Assembly (NCBI GenBank): GCA_902785705.1
Contig: CACZZN010000011.1
Location: 605 to 64,604, forward strand
Direction: 5' to 3'
Source: an uncultured Veillonellaceae bacterium
GTDB taxonomy: Bacteria; Bacillota; Negativicutes; Selenomonadales; Selenomonadaceae
DNA: 64,000 nucleotides
Shown here piece after piece: positions 34,142 through 43,480 of this stretch. The notes beneath the pieces were generated by a model. The model saw nothing but the letters and a program-made list of their open reading frames with translations. It made no database searches and was not told the DNA's origin. Made by a program: the position numbers and the translations under genes. Every line of letters starts with the position of its first letter. Position 1 is the first letter of the stretch.

Positions 34142-35983
34142 TTATTTGTAACTGCGAAGACGCGGCTTGATGAGCGAATGATCGAACTCGCGGTAGGTCA
34201 CCTGCGGCTCTTCCGTCTTCGGATCATAGGAAACAACCGTAATTCTCATGAAATTCTCATCATCGCGGCCCATGAACACAAGATCATTGTTCTCGTCCAC
34301 TACGCGCTCGCCCTTCTCGTCCAGGACGATCTTGGCGTGTGCGCCGCGGGATTCGTCACGCATACGCGCGCCCTTCGTGATGACCATCGCATAGAGGATC
34401 ATATTGCGGAGCTGACGCACGAACATTGCTTCCTGATTGGCCGTCTTGGACTGGTCGGTAATGCCGATATCCTCCCAGCGCTTCAGAATCTTCTTGAGTT
34501 CCACCAGACATGCATCCAAGCCCTTGTTATCGCGCTCGATGGCAACATACTTGTACATGAGATCGCCCAGTTCATGATGGAGCCTGTGGGCGTTCTCCGA
34601 ACCTCTCATCTGGAGGATCTTGTCATACTCATCCTGCACTTCCTTGCGTGCCGCTTCCAGTTCCGCATCGGTAAGCTCAGGCCCCTTGTTGCCGGTCCTT
34701 GCCCAGTTCATGGCCTCCGGGCCGGAAATCGTGCCGGAATAAGCCGCGGAGAGCAGGGAATTCGCGCCCAAGCGGTTCGCGCCATGGTACTGGTAATCGC
34801 ACTCGCCGGACGCCATGAGGCCCGGAATGTTGGTATAATGCTTGCGGTCTACCCAGATGCCGCCCATGGAATAGTGGACGGACGGGAAAATCTCCATCGG
34901 CACCTCTCGCGGATCCTTTCCGACAAACTCAGAGTACATCTCAAGGATGCCCCCCAGCTTGCGCTCCAGATAATCCGGGGCGATATGGGAAAGATCAAGA
35001 TAAACGCGGTGCTCGCCGTTGATGCCGAGCTTCATGTGCTCGCAGACCTTGTAAATGGCACGGGACGCCACATCACGCGGAACAAGATTTCCGTATGCCG
35101 GATACATATCCTCCAGGAAGTACCAGCGCTCCTTTTCTCCCGTTTCGGGATTCTTGCGCCATACCCAGACGCGCCCGCCCTCGCCGCGGCACGCCTCGGA
35201 CATCAGGCGGTTCTTGTCAGAACCCGGGATCGCTGTCGGATGGATCTGGATGAACTCCGGATTCGCGATCTCAGCGCCCTGCTGGTACACCGCCGAAACT
35301 GCGGAGCCGTTGCAGATCGTGGAAGCCGTGCAGCGTCCGAACACCTGCCCGGGACCGCCCGTCGCAAGAATGACGGTATCCGCGCGGAACGCCTTGATCT
35401 CCATGGTGTTCATGTTCTGCGCCACAATACCGCGGCAGACGCCATCCTTGTTCTTGATAATCTTGACGAATTCCCAGAACTCATATTTCTTGACTGCAAA
35501 ACGCTCCGCGTCCTTGTCCAGCTTCTTTGTCTCCCAGCGGCGAACCTGCTCGTCCAGCGCATAGAGGATCTGCTGGCCTGTCGTGGAGCCTGCGAAGCAG
35601 GTACGTTTATGCTTCTGTCCGCCGAAGTTCCGAAGATCCAGAACGCCCTCCGGCGTACGGGTAAAGGGAACGCCCATGCGATCCAACATCTTGATGATCT
35701 TCGGGGCTGCCTCCACCATGCCCTTGACCGCCACCTGATCGGCAAGGAAATCGCCGCCATAGACCGTATCATCGAAATGCTCGTAAATGCTGTCGTGCTC
35801 GCCCTTCGTATCCATGCAGGCATTGATGCCGCCCTGTGCGCACAGGGAATGGGAACGCTTCACCGGGCAGTAGGAAAACAGATCCACCTCGCCGCCGGCC
35901 TCGCAGACTTTGATGGTCGCCAAAAGTCCGGAAATTCCGCCGCCGACAATGATAATTCTCTTTGCCGTTTTATCTTTAGCCAT
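34142..35983 (-). CDS. sdhA: Succinate dehydrogenase/fumarate reductase flavoprotein subunit
   Basis: 613 aa. IIIVGGGISG FAD fold, SHSLCAQGG, HPTA, and RGEGG active-site blocks. Confidence 0.92.
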   Translation of the reverse strand: MAKDKTAKRIIIVGGGISGLLATIKVCEAGGEVDLFSYCPVKRSHSLCAQGGINACMDTKGEHDSIYEHFDDTVYGGDFLADQVAVKGMVEAAPKIIKMLDRMGVPFTRTPEGVLDLRNFGGQKHKRTCFAGSTTGQQILYALDEQVRRWETKKLDKDAERFAVKKYEFWEFVKIIKNKDGVCRGIVAQNMNTMEIKAFRADTVILATGGPGQVFGRCTASTICNGSAVSAVYQQGAEIANPEFIQIHPTAIPGSDKNRLMSEACRGEGGRVWVWRKNPETGEKERWYFLEDMYPAYGNLVPRDVASRAIYKVCEHMKLGINGEHRVYLDLSHIAPDYLERKLGGILEMYSEFVGKDPREVPMEIFPSVHYSMGGIWVDRKHYTNIPGLMASGECDYQYHGANRLGANSLLSAAYSGTISGPEAMNWARTGNKGPELTDAELEAARKEVQDEYDKILQMRGSENAHRLHHELGDLMYKYVAIERDNKGLDACLVELKKILKRWEDIGITDQSKTANQEAMFVRQLRNMILYAMVITKGARMRDESRGAHAKIVLDEKGERVVDENNDLVFMGRDDENFMRITVVSYDPKTEEPQVTYREFDHSLIKPRLRSYK

Positions 35984-36025
35984 TGCTTTCTCTCCTTAAA
36001 CTGTACTACAAACCACAACACCGCA

Positions 36026-36661
36026 TCAAATGAGATAGCTGCCCATGAAGGTCAGCGTGATGAGGCAGAGCAGCGCGCAAAGGCACATGCTCAGATAGCT
36101 CACAACCGTCTGCGCGCGGGGGCCTTTCGTGATGCCCCACGTCATGCAGAAGGTGGTGATGCCGTTGCAGAAGTGGAAAATAGCGGCAAACATGCCAAGC
36201 ACATAGAGCAAGACAACAATCGGACTCTGGAAATAGTTCTGCAGCAGCTCATAGGAAATCGGCGTGCCCGTCACGCCCTTCGTGTAAAGGCGCAGATAAC
36301 CAACATGCCAGATGAGGAACACGACAAGATACCAAGCCGTCCAGCGCTGGAGCGTGAAGTTCCAGTTGCGGACATAGCCGAAACGTCCCGGATTGTTCTT
36401 TGCCTGCAAAGCGATATAGATACCATAAATGCCATGGAACAGCAAAGGAATCGCGATGCCGCCCACCTCAAGCCCCAGGAAAATCGGTTTCGGAATCAGC
36501 TCCATCATAGCCAGTGCGCCATTGAGAGCCTGGGGGCCGAAGATGGCCATGGAGTTCGTGAAGATATGCTCAAAGAGCACCATACCCAGAACAAGCAGAC
36601 CACACAGCGAATGCAGCCGGCGCAGATAAAAAGTTGCGTTAAACATTCTATACCTCCTCAT
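36026..36661 (-). CDS. sdhC: Succinate dehydrogenase/fumarate reductase cytochrome b subunit
   Basis: 211 aa, five hydrophobic helices, first gene of the CAB operon. Confidence 0.75.
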   Translation of the reverse strand: MRRYRMFNATFYLRRLHSLCGLLVLGMVLFEHIFTNSMAIFGPQALNGALAMMELIPKPIFLGLEVGGIAIPLLFHGIYGIYIALQAKNNPGRFGYVRNWNFTLQRWTAWYLVVFLIWHVGYLRLYTKGVTGTPISYELLQNYFQSPIVVLLYVLGMFAAIFHFCNGITTFCMTWGITKGPRAQTVVSYLSMCLCALLCLITLTFMGSYLI

Positions 36662-36723
36662 AATTTCTTACGACAGCCAAGGCACGCAGATATGGAAACC
36701 TGCCGCCCCGGCCAGTCGAAAAC

Positions 36724-37293
36724 TCATTCATAGCCCTGCAGGGTACGATATTTCTTCTGATTCGTCTCATACAGGCTGTTCCCCTCGCAGTCAATGACCA
36801 CGATAGCGGGGAAATCCTCCACGGTGAGGCGGGCCACTGCCTCAGGCCCGAGCTCCGGGTAGGCAAGTACTTCGTATTTCTTGACGGACTTCGCGATGAG
36901 CGCCGCTGCGCCGCCGACTGCCGCAAAATAGGTCACGCCGTTCTTCTTCATGGACTCGATGACTTCCTTGGAACGGGAGCCTTTGCCGATCATGCCCTTG
37001 ATGCCCTGATCCAGCATGGTCGGCGTATATGCGTCCATACGGCCGGATGTCGTCGGGCCGCAGGAGCCGATCGGATCGCCCGGTTTTGCGGGGGTCGGCC
37101 CAAGGTAGTAGACCATCTGGTTGTTCCAATCTACCGGAAGCTTCTCGCCGCGCGCGAGCGCCTCTGTCATAGCCTTATGCGCCGCATCGCGTGCGGCGAT
37201 GATCTCGCCGGAAATGAGCACCGCATCCCCTGCTTTGAGCTTGCGGGACATCTCCTCCGTAAAAGGTGTCTGGATTCTAATCTGTTCAGCCAT
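36724..37293 (-). CDS. Class I fumarate hydratase, beta (C-terminal domain) subunit
   Basis: 189 aa. GxIxxARDAAHK and GPTTSxRMD-type blocks. Follows the alpha subunit. Confidence 0.85.
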   Translation of the reverse strand: MAEQIRIQTPFTEEMSRKLKAGDAVLISGEIIAARDAAHKAMTEALARGEKLPVDWNNQMVYYLGPTPAKPGDPIGSCGPTTSGRMDAYTPTMLDQGIKGMIGKGSRSKEVIESMKKNGVTYFAAVGGAAALIAKSVKKYEVLAYPELGPEAVARLTVEDFPAIVVIDCEGNSLYETNQKKYRTLQGYE

Positions 37294-37311
37294 ATCTCTT
37301 CCTCCTGATCC

Positions 37312-38169
37312 TCAAAGCACACGATGTGAATGGCGCATAGCATGGCAGCAAATCGTGACTGCTACCGGAAGCCCGGCAATATGGGTCGGTCCCCATTCGA
37401 TATTCACAGCGAGCGCCGAGGTCGTTCCCCCAAGCTGCGGCCCGATTCCCGTCTGATTGATGAGCTCAAGGAGTTCCTCTTCCAGCTTTGCGTATTCCGG
37501 CATCGGATTGCGCTCGTCAATGGAGCGCGTGAGCGCTTTTTTGGAGAGGAGCGCCGCCCGGTCCATCGTGCCGCCGATGCCGACGCCGACAACCATGGGC
37601 GGGCAGGGATTCATGCTCGCATGGAGGATGATCTCCATGACGGCCTTCTTCACACCCTCTACCCCATCGGCAGGAACCAGCATCTTGACGCCCGACTTGT
37701 TCTCGCTGCCGAACCCCTTCGGCGCAATCGTGATGTCCAGCTTGTCTCCCGGAACGATTTCCGTATAGATGACGCCCGGCGTATTGTTCTTCGTATTCAC
37801 GCGGTTGAACAGCGGCTCAGACACGACGGACTTGCGAAGGTATCCCTCCGTATAGCCCTTCGCGATGCCTTCATTGACAGCATCCTCCAGATACCCACCC
37901 GTGATATGAAGATCCTGCCCGATCTTCAAGAACACGATGGTCATGCCCGTATCCTGGCAATACGGGCGATCCTCTGCACGGGCGATCTCCGCATTCCGGA
38001 TGATCTGGTCGAGCACGTTCTGCCCGACCGGCGATTTTTCTGTCTCACGCCCCCGTTTCAACCCTTCATAGACATCCTTTGGCAGATAATATGCCGCTTC
38101 CTTGCACATCTCTGCCACGGCTTCCGTGATCTGTTTCGCGTCGAGTTCTCGCAAAGTAATCCCTCCCAT
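37312..38169 (-). CDS. Class I fumarate hydratase, alpha (N-terminal domain) subunit
   Basis: 285 aa. PYCQDTGM, GFGSENKS and CCHAMRH blocks of Fe-S hydro-lyases. Confidence 0.85.
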   Translation of the reverse strand: MGGITLRELDAKQITEAVAEMCKEAAYYLPKDVYEGLKRGRETEKSPVGQNVLDQIIRNAEIARAEDRPYCQDTGMTIVFLKIGQDLHITGGYLEDAVNEGIAKGYTEGYLRKSVVSEPLFNRVNTKNNTPGVIYTEIVPGDKLDITIAPKGFGSENKSGVKMLVPADGVEGVKKAVMEIILHASMNPCPPMVVGVGIGGTMDRAALLSKKALTRSIDERNPMPEYAKLEEELLELINQTGIGPQLGGTTSALAVNIEWGPTHIAGLPVAVTICCHAMRHSHRVL

Positions 38170-38304
38170 AAAAATATAAACCGCAATGGGTTTTCTGGCA
38201 AATCATGCATCCGAGACATTCCTTACATCAACTTTATATATTAGTCACAAAATCTAAAAATCCTGCATGGGAATCCAACTTTACCAAACAAAATTTTCGG
38301 CAGC

Positions 38305-38345
38305 AAAAAGCGGACAAGGCATCAAAACATCAATGCCTTGTCCGC
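38305..38345 (-). terminator. Intrinsic terminator after the rph-rdgB-yfcE operon
   Basis: 13-bp stem GCGGACAAGGCAT/ATGCCTTGTCCGC followed by a U-run on the - strand. Confidence 0.85.
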
Positions 38346-38358
38346 CCCCTCTCATGTT

Positions 38359-38841
38359 CTATGGATGCATGCGGATAAGCTCCACGCTGGGCACCTGCCC
38401 CGGTTCCAGCTCGGCAATCATGAAGGACGGCCGCATCTCGTCCCTCGGACGGGCAGCGCTGCCCGGGTTCAGCACAAAGATCTCGCCGGGCGTGATATCC
38501 GCGATATGCGTGTGCCCGTAGACCGCAATATCCGCGCCCTTGCTCGCCGCCGCCTGCTTCAGAAGATCCGTTTCATAGCGTACCCCGTAAAGGTGCCCAT
38601 GAACCAGAATGATACGGTGCCCGCCTGCCTCCACCATGCGCTCGTCCGGCACATCAGCGTTCGGCCAGTCACAGTTTCCCGCCACGGCAAACACGGGAGC
38701 ATCTGTCATGCTGCTCAAATAGCCCGCATCCGGCGTGCAGTCTCCCGCATGGAGCCACATCTCGACCCCCTGCGCAGCGCCCAAGGCCTTTTCGACAGCT
38801 TCCATGCTGCCGTGCGTATCGCTGATGATTCCGATCCTCAT
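38359..38841 (-). CDS. YfcE/MJ0936-family metallophosphoesterase
   Basis: 160 aa. [20 protein letters not shown] and GHTH motifs. Confidence 0.85.
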   Translation of the reverse strand: MRIGIISDTHGSMEAVEKALGAAQGVEMWLHAGDCTPDAGYLSSMTDAPVFAVAGNCDWPNADVPDERMVEAGGHRIILVHGHLYGVRYETDLLKQAAASKGADIAVYGHTHIADITPGEIFVLNPGSAARPRDEMRPSFMIAELEPGQVPSVELIRMHP

Positions 38842-39431
38842 TTTAGATACTCCCCCAAAAGCTGTACCATTCGCCGAAGCGCCGCCCCCCGATGGCTGAT
38901 CCGGTCCTTCTCCTCCAAGCTCAGCTCTGCCATGGTTCTGTCCTTGGCCACATAAAAATAGGGATCATAGCCAAATCCGTTGCTTCCCTTTGCCGTCATG
39001 CGAATCACGCCGTCGCAGCGGCCATCCGCATGAAGTTCCTGTCCGTCCGTATCCATGAATACCAGTGCGCATCGATAATCCGCATCGGACTCCGTCACGC
39101 CTGCATTTCTGAGTTCCGCAAGCAGTTTCTCATTGTTCGTGCCATCATCCGCATGAAAGCCCGCAAAACGCGCGGAATGCACGCCCGGCGCTCCGCCCAG
39201 CGCAGCAACTTCCAGCCCCGAGTCATCCGCGATACAGGCACAGCCGGTCTGTTCCATGAAGAATCTTGCCTTGATGCGCGCATTTTCCAAAAAGGTATCC
39301 GCATCTTCCACCGCATCCGGCAGAGCGCCGAAATCCGCCAGGGACACAATCTCCACAGGCAGATGTCCCAAAGCCTGCTTCATTTCCCGAAGCTTGCCCT
39401 CGTTCTTGGTCGCTATGACAACTTTCTTCAT
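38838..39431 (-). CDS. rdgB: Non-canonical purine NTP pyrophosphatase RdgB/HAM1
   Basis: Start ATG 39431 (ATGA overlap with the rph stop). [20 protein letters not shown] and FGYDP motifs. Confidence 0.88.
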   Translation of the reverse strand: MKKVVIATKNEGKLREMKQALGHLPVEIVSLADFGALPDAVEDADTFLENARIKARFFMEQTGCACIADDSGLEVAALGGAPGVHSARFAGFHADDGTNNEKLLAELRNAGVTESDADYRCALVFMDTDGQELHADGRCDGVIRMTAKGSNGFGYDPYFYVAKDRTMAELSLEEKDRISHRGAALRRMVQLLGEYLK

Positions 39432-40174
39432 CCGACACGCCCTACTTTCCACACGAGCTGCCCGCCCAACACATCCTTCTGATAGGAGATCAGCTCATCA
39501 ATCCCCTGCTCCGCAAGCTCCAGCAAGGCATCCAGCTCTTTCCTCGAAAAAGGGCGCCCTTCCCCGGTTCCCTGCAGTTCCACGAACTGCCCCTCGCCTG
39601 TCATCACCGCATTCATATCCACGATGGCCTGCGAATCCTCATCATAGCAAAGATCCAAAACAGGCTCCCCTTCCTGCGAGATGCCCACGGAAACGGCTGC
39701 CAAAAAATCCTTGACGGGAAAGACACCGCCCGGCTCGTAAAAGCTCGCACACGCTTCCACCAAAGCGATAAAAGCTCCCGTAATCGAAGCGGTTCTCGTG
39801 CCTCCGTCCGCCTGAATCACATCGCAGTCCAACGTGATCGTGCGTTCCCCTAAAGCCTTGAGATCCACTACAGAGCGCAGCGACCTTCCGATGAGCCGCT
39901 GGATTTCCTGCGTACGCCCGCTGATCTTCCCCCTGGCCGAATCCCTCTGCGTACGGACCGATGTCGCGCTGGGCAGCAGCGAATACTCCGCCGTCACCCA
40001 GCCCTCGCCCGTACCCTTGCAAAAAAACGGCACGCGATCCTCCACGGATGCCGCGCAAATCACTTTGGTATTTCCCATTTCGATCAGAACAGAGCCTGCA
40101 GGATATCGCTGGAACTTTCTCCGCATCTTCACCGGTCTCATCTGATCGGCCAATCTCCGGTCCGGTCTTGCCAT
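39428..40174 (-). CDS. rph: Ribonuclease PH
   Basis: Start taken at [15 protein letters not shown] (40174). [17 protein letters not shown] and [18 protein letters not shown] blocks. Confidence 0.9.
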   Translation of the reverse strand: MARPDRRLADQMRPVKMRRKFQRYPAGSVLIEMGNTKVICAASVEDRVPFFCKGTGEGWVTAEYSLLPSATSVRTQRDSARGKISGRTQEIQRLIGRSLRSVVDLKALGERTITLDCDVIQADGGTRTASITGAFIALVEACASFYEPGGVFPVKDFLAAVSVGISQEGEPVLDLCYDEDSQAIVDMNAVMTGEGQFVELQGTGEGRPFSRKELDALLELAEQGIDELISYQKDVLGGQLVWKVGRVG

Positions 40175-40209
40175 CCTGCCGCCCCCTGCTTCATATGCGG
40201 AACTGTTCA

Positions 40210-40403
40210 TAAATAAATTTTAGATTTGACTTGTCTAAATCTTCATAGGCGTTGTTGTCGGTCGGACAATTCTTCGCCGTTGGCTCAGAATTCTCGCTGA
40301 CGTGCCACCGGCACATCAGCCAGTCGACATAGCCCCGCTATGCCTCCTCCCTCCGCCTAGCCTATGAAGATTTACCCTGCGTCCTATCTTAAAATTTATT
40401 TAT
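40210..40403. repeat. MITE-like palindromic intergenic element (~195 bp)
   Basis: Terminal inverted repeats ATAAATAAATTTTA... (40210) and ...TAAAATTTATTTAT (40403). Sub-terminal TAAATCTTCATAGGC / GCCTATGAAGATTTA. Internal hairpin GCTGACGTGCC/GGCACATCAGC. Shares TTAGACAAGTCAAA (reverse-complemented) with copy B at 54345-54358. Confidence 0.7.
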
Positions 40404-40467
40404 TACCAGTTCCTACGCAAAAGAAAGCCCTCTCTGGTTTGGGAAGGCTCCTGCTGCAACTTGCCAA

Positions 40468-41127
40468 TCAATGCTGCTCCTGATACTGCCTGAAATTCTT
40501 CAGAATACAAATCGGCGTTTTCTGGGAGGCATTGCCGAACGGATTGTCGATCAGAAGATTCGCCGCCAACTGCCCATTCATGCCATCCGTTACGCCTACA
40601 ATGCGCGAACGCTTCAGGTCATTGACATCCGCAATGATCGCCCCAAAGCAGCCCAGACGCTCCTTCAGCCGCTTCACGACGTTCTGCGGATCCTTTGGAC
40701 CGTAGACAATACTCTTGTCATAAGGCGGCATCGTGCCCGTCACATCATCAATGAGCGCCGTTTGCTCGCCGCCCCACTTGTAAAAGAGTCCTCCCTGTCC
40801 GATGAGCTTTCCGAAAAAACCTGCCAGAAGAGCGAACGCCACGCGCCAGGTTCCCTCCACATCCATCAGGGACTGCATCCCGTGCGGACTGGCAAGGCTG
40901 CCGTAGTCTGGTATGAACCTGCAGCAAAGCTGCGCAACGGGGCTGATGGTCAAATCCTCCGGACGCACGACACGCCCCTGCGTGATTGCCACAACGCTTT
41001 CCGCTACGGAAATCACATCGTTTTCCCCAATCTTGTCCTTCGTATATTTCTCCACCTGGTCGATGATATCATCCCGCTCGGTCAGGATGCGTGTCGGCAC
41101 AGGAATGATCTCTACATCTGCCATCAA
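40468..41127 (-). CDS. CofE-like (F420-0:gamma-glutamyl ligase fold) protein
   Basis: 219 aa. Resemblance to the PF01996-type fold is from memory ([14 protein letters not shown]...). Function in this organism is unknown. Confidence 0.4.
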   Translation of the reverse strand: MMADVEIIPVPTRILTERDDIIDQVEKYTKDKIGENDVISVAESVVAITQGRVVRPEDLTISPVAQLCCRFIPDYGSLASPHGMQSLMDVEGTWRVAFALLAGFFGKLIGQGGLFYKWGGEQTALIDDVTGTMPPYDKSIVYGPKDPQNVVKRLKERLGCFGAIIADVNDLKRSRIVGVTDGMNGQLAANLLIDNPFGNASQKTPICILKNFRQYQEQH

Positions 41128-41136
41128 GCTTCCTCC

Positions 41137-41676
41137 TCAGTCCTCCGCCAGATCCACGCCCGCAAGACGCGCGATCTCATCCGCAGTCAACAAGAACCTC
41201 ACCTTTTCATAGCGCCACGGCTTGCGGTCGACAGTCATATAGATGAGTTCCACCGGGAGATCCACCATATGGGAGAGAGCCTCCCTCAGCTTCATGCCCT
41301 TGCGCGCAGTGAGCGTCACCTTTGCATGGATGAAGATGCTCTCGCTCTTTTGGATCAAAACCGCTTCGAAGTAGTCATCTTCACGCGGCGCGCCCTCCAT
41401 TTCGGCCTTGCCACGCACCTCGATGCCATCGTACTGCTCATAGGGAAGCTGCGGGCGGACTATCGCATCCATGATCGTCGCACACTGCTTCCCGACATTC
41501 GCGAACTCCAGTTTTGTCGAAAGCACCACACTGGTATCCGTCTGCTGTTCCACGATCCAAGGCGTACGATTCTCCGTCCGGACCTCAACCTTTGCATTCC
41601 CCTCAATCGAAAGAAAAATATTCACGATAACGATCAGGGCAATTACAATGCCCAGAATCACGTAAAATGCTGTCAC
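41137..41676 (-). CDS. Hypothetical membrane-anchored protein
   Basis: Start GTG 41676, 8 nt after GAGGAGG. The N-terminal TM segment is TAFYVILGIVIALIVIVNIFL. The ORF-track N-terminal extension overlaps the upstream gene. Confidence 0.5.
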   Translation of the reverse strand: MTAFYVILGIVIALIVIVNIFLSIEGNAKVEVRTENRTPWIVEQQTDTSVVLSTKLEFANVGKQCATIMDAIVRPQLPYEQYDGIEVRGKAEMEGAPREDDYFEAVLIQKSESIFIHAKVTLTARKGMKLREALSHMVDLPVELIYMTVDRKPWRYEKVRFLLTADEIARLAGVDLAED

Positions 41677-41689
41677 GCAGCACGCCTCC

Positions 41690-42127
41690 TCATTGCTCCT
41701 GCTTCTTCTCGGCCCGCTCCTGCTCCATGGCCTTCTGCAGCCGCTCATGATATTTCGCGGGCAAGCGGACGATCTGCCCGCTCTCCCGGCTGGTAAACAC
41801 ATTCTGTGTATGGCCTGTTACAAGGGTCGTGCCATCCGACTTGCGATAGACGCGATAGTCGAACGCCATCTTCACCTTCGTGAGCGCCGTCGCCCGCGTC
41901 TCAATGCAAAGCACATCGTCGAAATATCCCGGCGAGACGTATTTCGCCTTGACCTCCGTAATGGGGAACACAAAGCCGTCCGCCATCATGTCATCCAGCG
42001 TAATCCCCAAGTTCCTCAGGTATTCCACGCGTCCGATCTCGAACCATCGGATATAATTCGCATGGTGTACCACTTTCATCGCATCCGTATCAAAAAAGTT
42101 CACACGATACTCTGCAACAATCGACAA
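41690..42127 (-). CDS. YbgC/4HBT-family acyl-CoA thioesterase
   Basis: Start TTG 42127 after GGGAGGG. YRVNFFDTDAMKVVHHANYIRWFE hotdog-fold motif. Confidence 0.8.
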   Translation of the reverse strand: MSIVAEYRVNFFDTDAMKVVHHANYIRWFEIGRVEYLRNLGITLDDMMADGFVFPITEVKAKYVSPGYFDDVLCIETRATALTKVKMAFDYRVYRKSDGTTLVTGHTQNVFTSRESGQIVRLPAKYHERLQKAMEQERAEKKQEQ

Positions 42128-42241
42128 AACAATGCCCTCCCTGTACAATAGCGATATGGCATAGAATCCATACGCAAAACACATTGTATAGCCTAGAACA
42201 AATCGCTCGCAATGTCAAGGTTTTCTTGTTGCTGAGAGCAC

Positions 42242-43039
42242 CTATCCGATTGTATACATTTCTTCCAAACGCCCCATATACGCTTGGAGGCGCGAAAGCT
42301 CCGCCGCATCCCGCACTTCCCTGCCGGAATAGAAACAAGTGACGGTCTGCGGCAGATGTTCCAGTGCGTCACGCTCCTTCAGTCTGCGGATCAATTCATG
42401 GACGGTGCCCGCATTCCCGTCCACGAAGCGCACATGCTCCGGCAAAAGCTCGCGCATGCTGTCCTTGAAGTAGTTGAAATGCGTGCAGCCCAGTACGACA
42501 GACGAGAATTGCGAGAAATCATAAGGCGAAAAAGCCTGTTCCAGATAGGACTTCACCTCAGGAGACCGAAATTCCTGATGCTCGGCAAAGTCCACCAAAC
42601 GCGGAAGCGGCAGCCGGTCAATGAGCCTTTCCCGGTTCAGCTGCTCCATCAGCATGCGCATCTTCTCGCCACGCAGCGTAATCGGCGTCGCCGTGACCAG
42701 CACCCGCCGGTTTCCGTAAAGGTCCATCGCCTGTTTCACCGCCGGCTCCATGCCGATGATCGGGATCTCATATTTTCTTCGCATCTCAGCAGCCGCCACG
42801 CTGGTTGCCGTGTTGCATGCCACAACGATTGCTTTCACGTCCTGCGTCATCAGAAACCGGAATGCCTCATCCACATATTGGAGCACCTGTTCCTTTTCCT
42901 TCACGCCGTAAGGGACATGATCTTCGTCCGCAAAAAAGACGAACTGCTCCTCCGGCAGCGCCTTCATTGCATGATGAAGCACCGAGAGACCGCCGACACC
43001 CGAATCAAAAAAAGCAATCTTCACAGCCGCATCCTCCAA
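42242..43039 (-). CDS. murI: Glutamate racemase
   Basis: 265 aa. IAFFDSGVGGLSV, VVACNTAT and LGCTHF catalytic Cys blocks. Confidence 0.92.
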   Translation of the reverse strand: MEDAAVKIAFFDSGVGGLSVLHHAMKALPEEQFVFFADEDHVPYGVKEKEQVLQYVDEAFRFLMTQDVKAIVVACNTATSVAAAEMRRKYEIPIIGMEPAVKQAMDLYGNRRVLVTATPITLRGEKMRMLMEQLNRERLIDRLPLPRLVDFAEHQEFRSPEVKSYLEQAFSPYDFSQFSSVVLGCTHFNYFKDSMRELLPEHVRFVDGNAGTVHELIRRLKERDALEHLPQTVTCFYSGREVRDAAELSRLQAYMGRLEEMYTIG

Positions 43040-43132
43040 AATAACTTTCTACATTACATTATACTAGCTTCAGAAAAAAGAAGCAATCAAATTTGACAAG
43101 CAACCTGCCGACCTGCTATAATGTTGCCCTAC

Positions 43133-43221
<89 letters not shown>

Positions 43222-43222
43222 C

Positions 43223-43311
43223 GGAGTGGTACTCAAGAGGCTGAAGAGGACGGTTTGCTAAATCGTTAGAGTCGCAAGGCTGCGAGAGTTCGAATCTCTC
43301 CCACTCCGCCA
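43223..43311 (+). tRNA. tRNA-Ser (GCT)
   Basis: 89 nt. Anticodon loop TTGCTAA, long variable arm, AGTTCGAATCT T-loop, CCA. Followed by a terminator hairpin at 43325-43361. Confidence 0.93.
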
Positions 43312-43368
43312 TTTTGCAATGGTTCCGGGCATCGGATGATTTCGATGCCCGGTTATTCTTTACCGTAA

Positions 43369-43398
43369 TGTCAACCGCTATTTTGTAACAAGTTGACA
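43369..43398 (+). promoter_or_regulatory. BirA-type bio operator TGTCAAC-N16-GTTGACA overlapping the bioA -35
   Basis: Perfect 7-bp inverted repeat with 16-nt spacing, directly upstream of bioA-bioY. Matches the TGTnAAC-N14-16-GTTnACA pattern known for BirA sites. Confidence 0.6.
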
Positions 43399-43480
43399 AA
43401 ATGGTGCCAACGGAGTATCGTATTAAGCGTAGAATTCAGGAATTGTGCAACGATAGGACAGATTTAATGGAGGGCATTCG

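Noticed and set aside
34127-36733. 868-aa + strand ORF antisense to sdhB/sdhA/sdhC. Similar long antisense ORFs occur at 45618-47693 (691 aa), 56428-58425 (665 aa), 48593-50482 (629 aa), 51893-53512, 13251-14729, 29399-30898, 31463-33040, 26319-27698, 17095-18348 and 40471-41796
   Set aside because: Each lies opposite a gene with strong family motifs. Their products are low-complexity (Arg/His/Leu/Pro-rich) and they lack SDs. They are the usual consequence of GC-rich third positions avoiding TTA/CTA/TCA on the sense strand.
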